A stretch of 64,000 bases of DNA from an uncultured Gemmatimonadaceae bacterium (lineage in GTDB: Bacteria; Gemmatimonadota; Gemmatimonadetes; Gemmatimonadales; Gemmatimonadaceae), in contig CAWHHI010000006.1 of NCBI GenBank assembly GCA_963829055.1, forward strand, positions 128,001 through 192,000. The letters run 5' to 3'. How positions within the stretch are numbered: the stretch's first letter is position 1; the number at the start of each line of letters is the position of its first letter. Position numbers and translations under genes: made by a program. This document shows positions 45,697 to 57,756 of the stretch, piece after piece. The notes beneath the pieces are model-generated. The model made no database searches. It worked only from the letters and a program-made list of their open reading frames with translations, and was not told where the DNA came from.

Positions 45697-47138
45697 TCAC
45701 GGCTTCGGCCTCGCCCGATACTGCTCGTACAGCTTCGTGTGGCGGTCCGTGAGCGGAACCGCCTGGCCCCGAATGAACAGGTACTTCACGTTGCTGCGCA
45801 CATCGAGCGGGTTGCCCGTCGTCACCATGACGTTCGCGACCTTGCCCGCCTCGAGGCTGCCGTACTTGTCGGCCACGCCGAAGATCTGCGCCGGGATTGA
45901 TCGTCAGCGCCTTGATCGCCTCGTCCATGTCGAGCCCATACGCCGTCGACAGCGCCGCGTTGTACGGCAGGCTGCGCACGTCCGCCGCACTCGATGTCTG
46001 GAAGGCGATCTTCACGCCCGCCTTCGCGAGCACGCCCGGCTGCGCGTACAATGCGTCGTACGGATCCTCGGGACCTGGCGCCTGCGTCGTCGGGCCGACG
46101 ATCACGGGAATGCCGCGCGCGGCAAGCGTGTCGGCGACGCGCCACGCGTCGCGCGGTCCACGCAGGATGACCTTCAGCTTGAACGAGTCCGCGAGCGCGA
46201 GCACGCCGCGAATCTGATCGATCGAGCTCACGTCGAAGATCACCGGCATCTCGCCGCGGATCGCCGGGACGCAGCGACTCCATCGCCTGGTTGACGCGCG
46301 GAGCGTTAGGCACCGTGCCACCCGCTGCAACCTTCGCCTTCACCTCGGCGTACGACCGCGCGTCAGCGAACAGAGTCACGCATCGCACGCACCTGACGAC
46401 TCGCGGTCTCCGATGCGTCGCCCTGCGCGCGCCCGCCGAAGCCGCCGCCCCGCCCGCCGCCGCCGCTGGACGACGGATACGACATCACCTGCGCCGCGCG
46501 CGGCTTGATCGCCATCTCGTCTGGCGTCCAGCCCCACAGATCCATCAGCGCGGCACTGCCCGACATGAGCGCGCCGGTCGCCGACGTGATGACGGTGGTC
46601 ACGCCGTTCACGCGCGACACCGGAATCAGCTCGGAGCTGGCGTTGACGGCCGTGAGCGCGACGTCCTGCGGGTTGAAGTCACCGATCTCGCGCGTGTCCG
46701 TCGAGCCGGGAACGGATCCGATCTCGGTGAGGCCGAGCTCCGTGCCGCTGTCGATCATGCCGGGGTAGACGAACAGTCCCGGTGGCGTCGATGATGGTGG
46801 CGTCCGGCCGGCACCTGCACGTTCGCCCCGACGGACTGGATCGCCCGTTGGCGATGACGACGGTCCCGTTAGGTATCTGCGCCCCGACCACAGGCACGAC
46901 GGTGCCGCCGCGGATCACGTACGTCGGTCCCTGTGCCGCGAGCGCGATGCGCCATGTCATCCCGAGCGAATCGTCATTCCGAGCGCGCGCATCGAGGAAC
47001 GACGTGGAGTGAGGCCTCTCGAGACGGTCGCGACCTGACCGAGCGACGCGGCGCTCCGCTCGGAATGCACGACCCGCGCGGCTCTGCTCGGAATGACAGC
47101 TCGATTCCCGATTCCCGATTCCCGATTCCCGATCTCAT
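45697..47138 (-). CDS. Amidohydrolase family protein (third in cluster); repeat in 5' end; frameshifted
   Basis: [41 protein letters not shown]. Confidence 0.85.
46955..47130. repeat. Family A-derived element plus (GATTCCC)4 at the start of the amidohydrolase gene
   Basis: TGTCATCCCGAGCG, GTCATTCCGAGCG and two CTCGGAATG ends; heptamer run 47103-47130. Confidence 0.8.
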
Positions 47139-48727
47139 TGCTCCTCCGACGTGACACGCGGGCTGACGCTGTTTCATTTGTTCGATCAGCTGCTCGAGCG
47201 TTGGCGACGTCGAACGGTCGAAGAACACCCGACCGTCGATGAGCGTCATGTCCACGCGCGCGTTAGGCGCGAACGGGTGCGCCGTGAAGATCGCCAGGTC
47301 CGCGTCCTTCCCGACCTCGATCGACCCCACGCGCTTGTCGATGCCCAGCTGCTTCGCGGCGTTGAGCGTGATCATCTCATCTTGAGCGCCTCCTGCTCCG
47401 ACGCGCCGCCGTAATGCATCGCCTTCGCCGCCTCCTGGTACAGCCGGCGCGCGCGCTCGTCCGAGTCGGAGTTGATCGTCACCACCACGCCGCGCTCCGC
47501 CATCAGCGCCGCGTTGAAGGGAATCGCGTCCCACGCTTCCATCTTGTAGGCCCACTCGTCGGCGAACGTGCTCGCGCCGCTGCCCGCCTTCGCCAGCTCG
47601 TCCGCGACCTTGTAGCCCTCGAGCACGTGCTGGAACGTCGCGACGCGGAAGCCGAAGTCCTTCGCGACGCGCAGCATCATCAGGATCTCGTCCGACGCGA
47701 TACGAGTGGCAGTGCACGAGACGCTTGCCCTCGAGCACCTCGACGAGCGCGTCGAGCTCGAGGTCGCGCGCCGGCGGAATGAGCGCCGCACGCTGGGCGG
47801 CCGTCGTCGCCGCCTTCTTCTTCGCATCGTACGCCTGCCATTCCTTCCGATACTCCTGCGCGCGGGTGAACGCGTCGCGGAGCAGGTCTTCCACACCCAT
47901 GCGCGTGCGCGGGAACCGACCCTGCTGACCCGGCGCCAGCGTGCGGTTCGTCTGCCGCACGTTCTCACCTAACGCGAACTTGATCCCCGGCGGCGCGCCC
48001 TCGAACATCAGGCTGTCCACCGGCAATCCGTAGCGCAGCTTCACGACCGCGTTCTGTCCGCCGATCGTGTTGGCGGAGCCGTGCAGGATGTTCAGCGTCG
48101 TCGTCCCACCGGCGAGCTGCCGGTACAGACTGATCCCGTCCTGCCGCAGCACGTCCTCGATGCGCACCATCGACGTGATCGACAGCGTGCCCTCGTTGAT
48201 CGCCTCGGCGGCCGAGTGGGAGTGGGCATCGATGATGCCGGGCGTGACGTACTTGCCGGTGCCGTCGATGACCTTCGCGCCCGGCAGGCACCGCGACGTC
48301 AGCCCCGACGGCCGCGATCTTCCCGTCGCGGATGACGATCGTGCCCTTCTGGATCGTGCCGCTGGACGCGGTCATGATGGTCGCGTTCGTGATCGCGACG
48401 AGCTTGCCGGCCGTCGGGTATCGGCAGCGACACGGCCGTGAGGTCGAGTTGCTGCTGCGTGCTCGGTGCTGCGGCGGCTGGTTGCTGACCGGCGGCCTGT
48501 GCGCCTAACGGCGCCGCCGCGAGCATGATTGTCATTCCGAGCGGCGCGTAGCGGCGCGAGTGCCTCGGGCGCAGGTCCTGGATCCGAGAGGGCAAGCCGC
48601 CACCGAGCCAACGATTCCTCGACTGCGCGCCTCGGCGCTCCGCTCGGAATGACGCCGCGATCAGCGACCGCACGAGCGTCCGACCACGCCGTTCCCGCTG
48701 CCCTGTTCCCTGTTCCCGGTCAGTCAT
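47135..48727 (-). CDS. Amidohydrolase family protein (second in cluster); frameshifted
   Basis: PGIIDAHSH metal motif; [49 protein letters not shown]. Confidence 0.9.
48531..48653. repeat. Family A element (123 nt) in frame within the signal-peptide region
   Basis: GTCATTCCGAGCG..GATTCCTCGA..CGCTCGGAATGAC; ORF 48727-48299 reads through it without a stop. Confidence 0.82.
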
Positions 48728-50434
48728 GGTTTCTTCTCCGCCGTGAACGTCATGTTCCCCATCTCACCCGCGCGCAGACGGCCCGTCATGCGGTTGCCAG
48801 CAGTATCGACCTCGGCCTCGAAGTTCACCGTCGTCCGCTCGCCGCCGATCTGGAACGACGCCGTCCACGACGCGTTGCGGCCGTTCACGCGACCGTCCGA
48901 GATCGCGGCGTTGCCGATCTCCGAGATCATCGAGCCGTCGATCGCATCGGCAGTCTGCGTCAACGTCATGGTCGATGTGATCGCGCCCTGCGGACCGTTG
49001 ACCGTCATCGTCCACGTCCCGGCGACCTGCGCGGTCTCGCCGCCGCCAGTCCGGCCACCGCCGCCAGCTCCGCCGCCCGCGCGCTGACCGTTGCGCGCAG
49101 CGGCGGTAGTCGGAACCACGTCGTAGTCGATGCCATCGACGAACACCGTGCGGATGCGCGCGTTGTCCGCGAGCGGCGGTCCGTCCGACACGACGAGGTC
49201 CGCGATCTTCCCCGGCTCGATGCTGCCGAGTTGATCGCCGACACCGGCGATTTCGGCGGCACGAATCGTCAGCGCTTCCACCGCGACCTCGCGCGGCAAC
49301 CCCGCGGCGATCGCCTTGCGGACGTTCGCGATGAAGTCGTTAGGCTTGAGCGCGCCCGGCGCGAGCGCGAACTTGACGCCGGCGCGGTTGAGCGTCGCCG
49401 CGTTCGCCTCGAGGATCTTCCGCACCGAGGCGTCGCGCGAGGCGCTGTCGTTGAGCTCGCGGCGTTGCGCACCACGATACGCCCATCCCGTCACTTCCAC
49501 CGCCTGTGGAAAGTCGAGCGAGACCACGACCGGCCGCGCGCCTTTCAGCGCATCGAGCGCTCGGAACGCCTCCGTGGCGCCGACGATCGTCAGCTTGAGG
49601 TCGAACTCCTTCGCGATGTCCACCGCGCGACGAATCTCGTTCTCGTTGTTCGCGGCGAAGAACGCGGGCAGTCTGACCACGCACCACGGGCACGAGTGCG
49701 TCGAGATCCGCGTTGTAGGCGGGACGCGGCACGCCGCGCTGCCCGGCCTTGTAGCGATCCATCAGCAGCCCATGACGCTGCGCGTCGTAGAGTTGCTGTC
49801 GCTCGTAGGCGATGACACCGAGGAGCGTGCCGGGATACCGGCCGGCGACGCCCTGGAATCCCATGTGCATCCCGACCGGCGCCTTCACCACGAAGTGCGC
49901 CGCGGAATCGTCGCGCAGGGGGATGAGCGCCGAGAGTCCGCGGAACGCGCCGCGCGAGGGGGCGACCAGGGCCGTCGTTATGCCGACATCGCGCGAGGCA
50001 CGAATGTCGGCGGCCGCGGGCGCGACCTCAGTGGCGATCACTCGTCCCGGCTCGAGGCCGACGTAGCGCACCTGCGCGCCGGCATTCTGCGCGGCGCCAC
50101 CGCCACCACCGCCGAATCCGGCTTGCTGCGCGGGCGGCGTCGGCAGTCCCATCGACGACGTCAGGTCGATGAAGCCGGGGTAGACGGTTCGACCGCTCAG
50201 GTCGACGACGCGCGCGTCACCGGGCGGCGTTATGTTCGCGCCAACGGCTTCGATGAGCCCGTTCCGGATGACGATCGTGCCTTTCTCGATCGTCCCTTTC
50301 GTGACGGTCTCGATCCGGGCGTTGGTGAGCGCCCAGGTACCTGACTGAGCTTGGTCCTGGGCCTGGGCGGCGCGCGGCACGACGAGCGCGACGCCCAGGA
50401 GGAAGCCGCTCGCAAGCGGCGGGGCGAGACGCAT
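48724..50434 (-). CDS. Amidohydrolase family protein (first in cluster) with C-terminal beta domain; frameshift near 49675
   Basis: Signal peptide; WALTNARI; VYPGFID; GITTAL; GSIEPGKIADLVV. Confidence 0.88.
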
Positions 50435-50522
50435 GCAGGCTCTCCTGAGATGTGAGCATGGGGCCAGACGAACGACGCCCGATGCTATCCCTGAGTCGCG
50501 TGCGAGGGCAAGCCTACCGCTG

Positions 50523-51366
50523 CTACCTGGCGGCGACTGTCGCCGCGCTCTGCTTCGAGAGGAACGTGTACAAGCCGTTCACCTCTTCATCCGTGAGATA
50601 GGCGAAGCGGCCTCGCGCAGTCCGAGCCATGAGGTCGAGCTTCCGTCCGTCCCGCGGAATGCCTTCACGCATGAGCTTCGCGAACTCCTCGGCGGAGTAG
50701 GCGGCGACGACCGAGAGCGCGGGCGTGTCGGGGCCCCCCTCGAGCTTCATCCCGTGGCACTCGGTGCAGGAGGATTTCGCGGTGTACTCCCCCAAGGGCC
50801 ACCGGCTCCGGGCCCTTCCGGGGCCGAGGCGCGTCATGCGCGATGTTCAGTGGCTCGAGCTTGTACTGACCCGTGACGAGCCCCACCCGCGCCAGGATGC
50901 GCATTGCGGTTGCCGGAAGCGAATCCGGCTGAGCTGGCAGCGTACGTAAGTAGGCGATGAGGGAACCCAGGTCCTCATCGTCGAGGTTGTAGAACATTGA
51001 CGATGGCATGACGGCGACGCCTCGGCCATTGGGGCGCACACCATGTCGCAGCAGGCGAGCCAGGTCGGAGTCGGAGTAGGCACGAATGGCTTTCGGAACG
51101 TTAGGCGCGACGAGGCGCGCGATCATCCGGTCGTCGAAGAACACCTCACCCCTCATGCCCTCGCCGTGGCAGCCCGCACAGCCGCGGGTCGCGTAGACGT
51201 GCTGGCCGCGCGCGAGCGCCGCCATGCCGACGGGAATGGTGATCGGGGTGGCCGGGATGTCGAACGTCTGCCGCAGCCGATACTCGCTGACGCCGTAGAT
51301 CACTATCAATGCGATCGCCACAATCGAGCCGAGGCCGATCGCGAGCCACTTCAGAACCCGTTTCAC
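50523..51366 (-). CDS. Membrane-anchored di-heme cytochrome c; frameshift near 50800
   Basis: N-terminal TM; two CxxCH motifs (CAGCH, CTECH). Confidence 0.9.
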
Positions 51367-51451
51367 TGTTCGCCTCCTATGACGGTGTCATTCCGGCAGC
51401 GGCAGGCCAGTACCAAGTGCGTCAGCGACTGCTCAGCAGGAGGGTCAGGCA

Positions 51452-53027
51452 TCAGGTCCGATCCGCCGGCTTAGGTCGCCTAGTCGACGCTGGCTCTGCC
51501 ACCGCGTAAGGTCTCGACTCCGTGCTGACTCGCTGACGCTCCGCTCGGGATGATGCCAGGCCCAAACCGCCTAACGAAATCCGATTAGGAATCGGCCGCC
51601 GGCCCGAGAGCTCTTTCACCAATCGATAAAGAAACTCCTGCCCGTCGTAGAAGGACTTGATCAGCACGCGCTCGTCCCGCCCATGCGCGCGGGAATCATC
51701 CATATCCCCGAACAATCCCGACACGCCATACGTCGGGATCCCACCCTGCCGCAGTTGCCGCCCGTCGGTTGCCCCCGTGCCCATGATCGGGACCACGGGC
51801 ACTCCCGGCCACATCTCGCTCGTCAGCTTCTCGATCGGGCGCAACACTTCATCGGACAGCGGGGATGGTGGACCACCGCGAGGCTCGGGCGCGGGCGACA
51901 CGTGCACCGCCGTGTCGCCCGCTATCCTGACGAGGCTCGCCTGCACGTCCTTGATGTCGTGGTCGGGCAGAACCCGGCAGTTCACGTTGGCGCGCGCGAG
52001 CTGCGGCAGCGCGTTAGGCGCGTGACCGCCCGTGAGCTGCGTCGCCACGCACGTCGTGCGGAGCATGGAGTTGTACACCGGCTGCATCGAGAGCCGTCGC
52101 ACGGCCGCCGAGTCGCGTCGGGTTCTTCGCCACCGCGCGCATGTCCGCCGCCGTCTGGCCCGTCTCGGCCTGCGCGAGGCGCTCGAAGTACGCCTTCGTC
52201 ACCGGGTTCAGCATCACCGGAAAGTCGAAGCGCTCGAGCCGCGCCAGCGCGTCGGACAGATGGTAGATCGCGTTGTCACGGACCGGTCGCGAGCTGTGCC
52301 CACCCTTGTTCCGCACCTCGAACGTGAAGTCGTAGTACACCTTCTCGGCCGCCTGCACGTTATGCACGAACGGCTTGCCATTCTTGAGGAAGCCGCCACC
52401 GCCCTCGTTGAGCGCGTACGCCGCGTCGATCAGATCGCGTTTGTTCGCGAGCAGCCACTCGACGCCGTTGTGATCGCCGCCCTCTTCGTCCGACGTGAGC
52501 GCCACGATGAGGTCGCGGTCGGGAACGTACCCCTCCTGCTTCATCCGGATCAGGTTCGCGATCCAGATCGCGGCCATCGCCTTGTCGTCGCCGGTGCCGC
52601 GTCCGTAGTAGTAGCCGTCCTTCTCCGTGAACGTGAACGGGTCGATGCTCCAGTCATCGCGACGCGCGGCGACGACGTCGAGATGCGCGAGCAGGAGGAC
52701 CGGCTTGCGTCCCGCCGCGCCGGAGCCGCGAAGGCGCGCGACGAGATTGCCATCGCGTGGACCGGCGCTCAGGACCTGAACGTCGTTACCCGAAAATCCC
52801 GCCGCCCGGAGACGCGCCGCCATCGCTTCGGCCGCCTGCGTCGTGCCGCCGGGATCGGCATCCGTGGTCGTGTTGATCTCGACGAGCTCTTTATAGATGT
52901 CGCGCGCGAGCTGCTGGTGCGCCTTGAGCGCACCCTGCGCCGTTACCAGGCGAGGCAGCGACGCGGTCGCGGCGACGAGAGCGATTGCGATGAAACGGGC
53001 AAACACGGGGCGGCAACTGATGGCCAT
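51452..53027 (-). CDS. M20/M25/M40 family metallo-hydrolase; true stop may be near 51585; frameshift near 52115
   Basis: LLAHLDVV; GRGTGDDK; SDEE; NEGG; GGHSS; GATDG; AHGRDER. Confidence 0.92.
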
Positions 53028-53191
53028 GTCCAATCTCCGGCAGAGGCGCGGGTTATTGTCTTGCTGTAACGGAGAAAGTGCAGGCGGTGCGCACGCGGCG
53101 TAAAGGACGGCCGACGTCTCGCCCCACACGTCTTGACCGCGGTGACTACGCGGACGTACACTTTGGCGACCTACCCATAGGGAACCAATGT

Positions 53192-53530
53192 ATGCCGCCT
53201 CTGCCGTCCCGCGCCGATCTCCTGCCTGGTACCCTGGCCATGCTCGTCCTCAAGACACTCTCGGTCGGGACGATGCATGGCTATGGCATTGCTCAGCACA
53301 TCGAGCGCCTGTCGGAGGACGTACTGCGCGTGCAGGAGGGGACGCTCTACCCGGCGCTCCAGGTGATGGAAGTGAAGGGCTGGGTTCGCTCGGAGTGGAA
53401 GCTGACGCCCACAAAGCGTCGCGCGCGCTACTACTCGATCACGGCTGCTGGTCGGAAGCAGCTCGCGCAGGACGCACAGGAGTTCGATCGCGTCGTCGCG
53501 GCGGTGACGCGCGTTATGCAGCCCGCGTGA
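53192..53530 (+). CDS. PadR family transcriptional regulator
   Basis: LLPGTLAMLVLK; HGYGIAQHIE; EGTLYPALQ; RRARYYSIT. Confidence 0.93.
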   Translation: MPPLPSRADLLPGTLAMLVLKTLSVGTMHGYGIAQHIERLSEDVLRVQEGTLYPALQVMEVKGWVRSEWKLTPTKRRARYYSITAAGRKQLAQDAQEFDRVVAAVTRVMQPA

Positions 53531-53658
53531 GCGCAATGCCCGTCCATGTCGCAGTGCTTGCGAACCGGCTCCACATGACAGCGCTCACCATGATGCAGGA
53601 CGCGCTCGACCCGACGTTCATGCGCGTGGTCGACTTCACGATGAGGGCACATCGATGA
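53527..53658 (+). CDS. 43-aa small ORF coupled to padR and to the permease gene
   Basis: GTGA overlap with the padR stop and ATGA overlap with the permease start; MSAMPVHVAVLANRLHMTALTMMQDALDPTFMRVVDFTMRAHR. Confidence 0.5.
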   Translation: MSAMPVHVAVLANRLHMTALTMMQDALDPTFMRVVDFTMRAHR

Positions 53659-56355
53659 TCTCCTGGCTCCGTGGCCTCTGGCTGCGCCTCAGATACTACG
53701 TTCTCCGCGCGCGGTACGATCGCGAGATGGAAGAAGAGATGCGTTTCCACGTCGAGCTTCGCGCGGCAGAGCATCAGCACGCGGGTATGACGGAGGAGGA
53801 AGCGCGAGACGCCGCGACGCGACGGTTCGGCAACCGCACATCGCTGCAGGAATCACGACGCTCGGCCGTCGGCTTCCCGACGCTCGACACGCTCGGTCAG
53901 GATGTTCGGTACGTCCTGAGAGCGATCCGCCACTCGCCAGGCTTCAGCGCGATGGTGGTCCTCACGTTAGGCCTCGCGATTGGCGCCAACGCGGCGATGT
54001 TCGGGATCATCGATCGGCTCCTGCTTCGCGGACCGGCGTTCGTGGTCGATCCGGACCGCGTCGTGCGCGTGTACGTCACGGAGAAGGACGGCAACTTCGG
54101 CGAGTCGACCGGAAGCGTCGTCGGGTTCGTCACGTACGACCATCTGCGCGCAACCGCCCATGATTTCGAGGATCTCGCGGTCTACTCGCGAACCGAGGTG
54201 ACTGTCGGGCGAGGCATGGATGCCCAGCGGATTCAGCTGGGCCGAGTGTCGTGGAATTTCTTCCCGATGCTGGGCGTTAGGCCGGTGGTGGGTCGCTTCT
54301 TTGGCGCCGACGAGGATCGTCTGCCGCAGGGCGAGAACGTCGTCGTTCTGGACGAGGGCTACTGGAAGCGGTCGTTTGCGGGTGATCGCGGCGTGATCGG
54401 CCGTCCGCTCGTCATGGGTGGTGTGACGTACACCATCGTTGGCGTGGCGCCCCGAGGGTTCACGGGCGTCGAGCTCGAGCGTCGCGACGCGTGGGTGCCG
54501 ATCAGCCTGACGTACTGGGGGCCGGGCAGCGATTGGGCGACTGGCTGGGACATCAACTGGCTTCAGATCGTCGGCCGACTCAAGCCCGGTGTCACGCTGG
54601 CGCAGGCAGGTGCCGATGCCACCGCTGCTCACCGGCGCGCGTACGACGGTCCGGCGAACCATACGATGCGCACCGCGCGGCTCTCGGTAGCGCCGCTGCG
54701 CTTCAATCGGAGCGCCGAGGAGACGACCGAAGCGCGTGTGTCTCGCTGGCTGGTCGCGGTCGCCGCGATCATGCTGCTCATTGCCTGCGCGAACGTCGCG
54801 AACCTCATGCTCGCGCGAGCGACGCGTCGGAGACGCGAAGTGGCGGTGCGTCTCGCGCTCGGCATCGGTCGCGGCCGGCTCATCCGGCTACTCGTAGCGG
54901 AGAGCGTGGCACTCGCACTCCTCGGCGGTGCGGCGGGGCTTCTGGTTGCGTTCGTGGGCGGGCGGTTCGTGCGCGGCGTGCTGCTGCCTAACGTCGAATG
55001 GACGGACTCGACGATCGACGCTCGCGTCCTCATCGTGACGGCGCTCGCGGCGGTGGCGACTGGCGTACTGGTCGGGCTCATCCCGGCGTTTCAGGGGACG
55101 CGCCTCGAGCTCACGTCCGCGCTCAAGTCGGGCGTCCGCGAAGGCGGCGCACAGCGCAGTCGCGTTCGTACCATGCTCACGGTCACACAAGCGGCGCTGT
55201 CCGTGGTCCTGCTGGTGGGCGCCGGACTGTTCGTCCGAAGTCTGTGGAACGTCTATCGTCTTCAGCTCGGCATCGAGCCCGACAAGGTGCTCACGGTGGC
55301 GTTCGACTGGCCGACCATCGCCGACCGATCGGACGAAGGCAAACAGCGTCAGCGCCAGCGGCAAGACATGTTCTACGATGAAGCCCTGGCGCGCGTGCGC
55401 ACGTTGCCGGGCGTCGAGCGCGCTGGTGTCGTGGTGGGCACGCCGTTCCAGTCATCGGCGAGCACCGATCTGCGCTTGCCCGGGCGCGATTCGATACCTC
55501 AGCTCGCGGGCGGCGGCCCGTACATTCGCGCGGTGTCGGACGGCTACTTCGCGACCGCCGGCACGCGCGTGTTGCGAGGACGCGACTTCACGGCAGCTGA
55601 TGTCTCGAGCGCGGCACGTGTGGCGATCGTGAACGAGACGATGGCTCGCACGCTGTGGCCTAACGCGGACCCGATCGGCGAGTGCCTGTTGATCGACACG
55701 CTTGCCGTGCTCGAGCGTCGTCGGCGTCGTCGAGGATGCTCGCCGCTTCTCGCTCCGCGAGAAGCCCGCGATGCAGTACTACATCCCGCTCGGCGAAGAG
55801 CACGCGATCGGATTCGGTGGACGGCGTATGTTCGTGCGGCCGCGCGGCGATGCATCCGCGCTCCGTGAGACGTTGCGCGCAGAGATGCTGCGCCTGAATC
55901 CGGGGCTCGCGTTCGTGACGGTGGAGCCGCTGCAGGATTCGCTCGACCCACAGATCCGCCCGTGGAGGTTGGGCGCAACGATGTTCGGCTTGTTCGGCGC
56001 GCTCGCGTTGCTCGTGGCGGCAATTGGCCTGTACAGCGTCATCTCGTATCTCGTGACGCAGCGTCGCCACGAGCTCGGCGTTCGCATCGCGCTCGGCGCG
56101 CAGATGGGGAACATTGTCGGGATGGTCGTGCGCTATGGTGTGGGATTGGCGGTGGTGGGCATCGTCATCGGCATGGTGCTGGCACTCAACGCGTCGCGGC
56201 TGATCGAGCCGCTGCTGTTCGAGACGTCGCCGCGGAACCCGCTCGTGTTCATGCTGGTGGCGGCGGTGCTGTTGGTGGTCGCGTTGGTGGCGAGCGTGAT
56301 CCCGGCGTGGCGTGCCTCACGAGTCGATCCCATCGAGGCGCTGAGGACGGAATAG
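53655..56355 (+). CDS. ADOP-type duplicated ABC permease; frameshift near 55705
   Basis: EMEEEMRFH..ATRRFGN; LGLAIGANAAMFG; LLIACANVANL; QRRHELGVRIALGA; RVDPIEALRTE. Confidence 0.93.
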
Positions 56356-56356
56356 T

Positions 56357-56545
56357 CGGAGGCGCGGAGGGCGGAAGGCGGAAGGCGGAAGGCGGAGAAA
56401 AGCGTGTCATCCCGAGGAGCGGCAGCGACGAGGGACCTTCTGCGATGCCATCGTAGCCAGTGCGGCCACGAGCACGTTCACAGAAGATCCCTCGCTGCCG
56501 CTCGGGATGACACTCTTTCCCGCCCTCCGCCTTCCGCCCTCCGCT
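56357..56545. repeat. Family A (TGTCATCCCGAG subtype) element with GGCGGAA / (T/C)TCCGCC heptamer arms
   Basis: (GGCGGAA)n left arm; core 56405-56512; CCGCCCTCCGCCTTCCGCCCTCCG right arm. Confidence 0.85.
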
Positions 56546-56690
56546 TTCCGACCATGGGTACACTGACCCATGTGCGCGCGACTCCTCGTAGCGAGTTTGC
56601 CTGCGCGCGGTGACGATCACCGCGACGACGCAAACCACAACGACCGCGCGCGCTCACGGTGCGCGGCTGACGGAAACAGGAGCCGCTACG

Positions 56691-57578
56691 ATGCCGTACC
56701 GACCCGCCACTACTTCGACCCTCGCCACGATTGCCGCCGCATTCGTTCTCGCCGCCTGCACCGATCCGACGCCCACCGCCGCCGGTCCTGGCGTGGTCAC
56801 GCCCTCCCTCGATCGTGCCGGTGATGCGCCCGGTACCCATCGGCAATACGGCACGCCCATCAAGCTCGGCAACGGTAAGGCGCGCAGCTATGTCGTGCTG
56901 AACAGGGGTGTGCCCGTCGAAGTCGGCGTCGCGCTCGATGAGAGCGCCCTCGATGGCCTGCGTCCACCGATGCCGCCGATGGCAGGCGACCCCAATGGTG
57001 GTGGCGAGCACGCACACGTCGACATGGACAGGTACTCGCTCGCGATGCCCGCGCAGAATCCGACGCCGTACAAGTTCATCGAGCTCGACTGGAATCCCGC
57101 GGGCCACGAGCCGGAGAACATCTACACGATTCCGCACTTCGACTTCCACTTCTACAAGATCGCGGTGGCCGAGCGCGACGCGATTGTGCCGAGTGATCCC
57201 GCGTTCATGACGAAGTCCGCCAACGTCCCGGCGGATGAGTTCATGCCCGCGTTCGCGTTCTCGCCGCCGCCGCGCGTCGCGATCCCGCAGATGGGCGTGC
57301 ACTGGGTCGATATCCGCACTCCCGAGCTGCAGCCGCCACCCAACAACAAGCGGTTCACATCGACGTTCATCAACGGCACGTACAACGGCGCGGTGATTTT
57401 CCAGGAGCCGATGATCACGCGCGAGTTCATTCTCTCGAAGCCGAACGTCACGCTGCAGATCCCGGTCGCCGCGCGCGTCACGCCGGCCGGCTATTACCCG
57501 ACCGCTTACAGCATCACGTATGACGAGCAGGCCAAGGAACATCGCATTGCGCTGACGCAGTTGGAGTGGAGAAACTGA
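56691..57578 (+). CDS. Lipoprotein, DUF5602-like
   Basis: RBS AGGAG; lipobox VLAAC; DWNPAGHEP..PHFDFHFY; MGVHW; FQEPMIT. Confidence 0.75.
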   Translation: MPYRPATTSTLATIAAAFVLAACTDPTPTAAGPGVVTPSLDRAGDAPGTHRQYGTPIKLGNGKARSYVVLNRGVPVEVGVALDESALDGLRPPMPPMAGDPNGGGEHAHVDMDRYSLAMPAQNPTPYKFIELDWNPAGHEPENIYTIPHFDFHFYKIAVAERDAIVPSDPAFMTKSANVPADEFMPAFAFSPPPRVAIPQMGVHWVDIRTPELQPPPNNKRFTSTFINGTYNGAVIFQEPMITREFILSKPNVTLQIPVAARVTPAGYYPTAYSITYDEQAKEHRIALTQLEWRN

Positions 57579-57580
57579 GC

Positions 57581-57741
57581 AATCGGGAATCGGGAATCGG
57601 GAATCGGGAATCGACGAACCCCGGGAGGCTCGACGTGAGCGTCCCGGGGTTGTCGCTTGTCGACCAGCGACCAGCACGAGCGACCAGCGACCAGCTCTCG
57701 ATTCCCGATTCCCGATTCCCGATTCCCGATTCCCGATTCCC
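57581..57741. repeat. Inverted heptamer arrays (AATCGGG)4 and (GATTCCC)6 enclosing a hairpin and CGACCAG repeats
   Basis: Read directly: 57581-57613, 57661-57695, 57700-57741. Confidence 0.92.
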
Positions 57742-57756
57742 GACTAGCTTCTCGTC

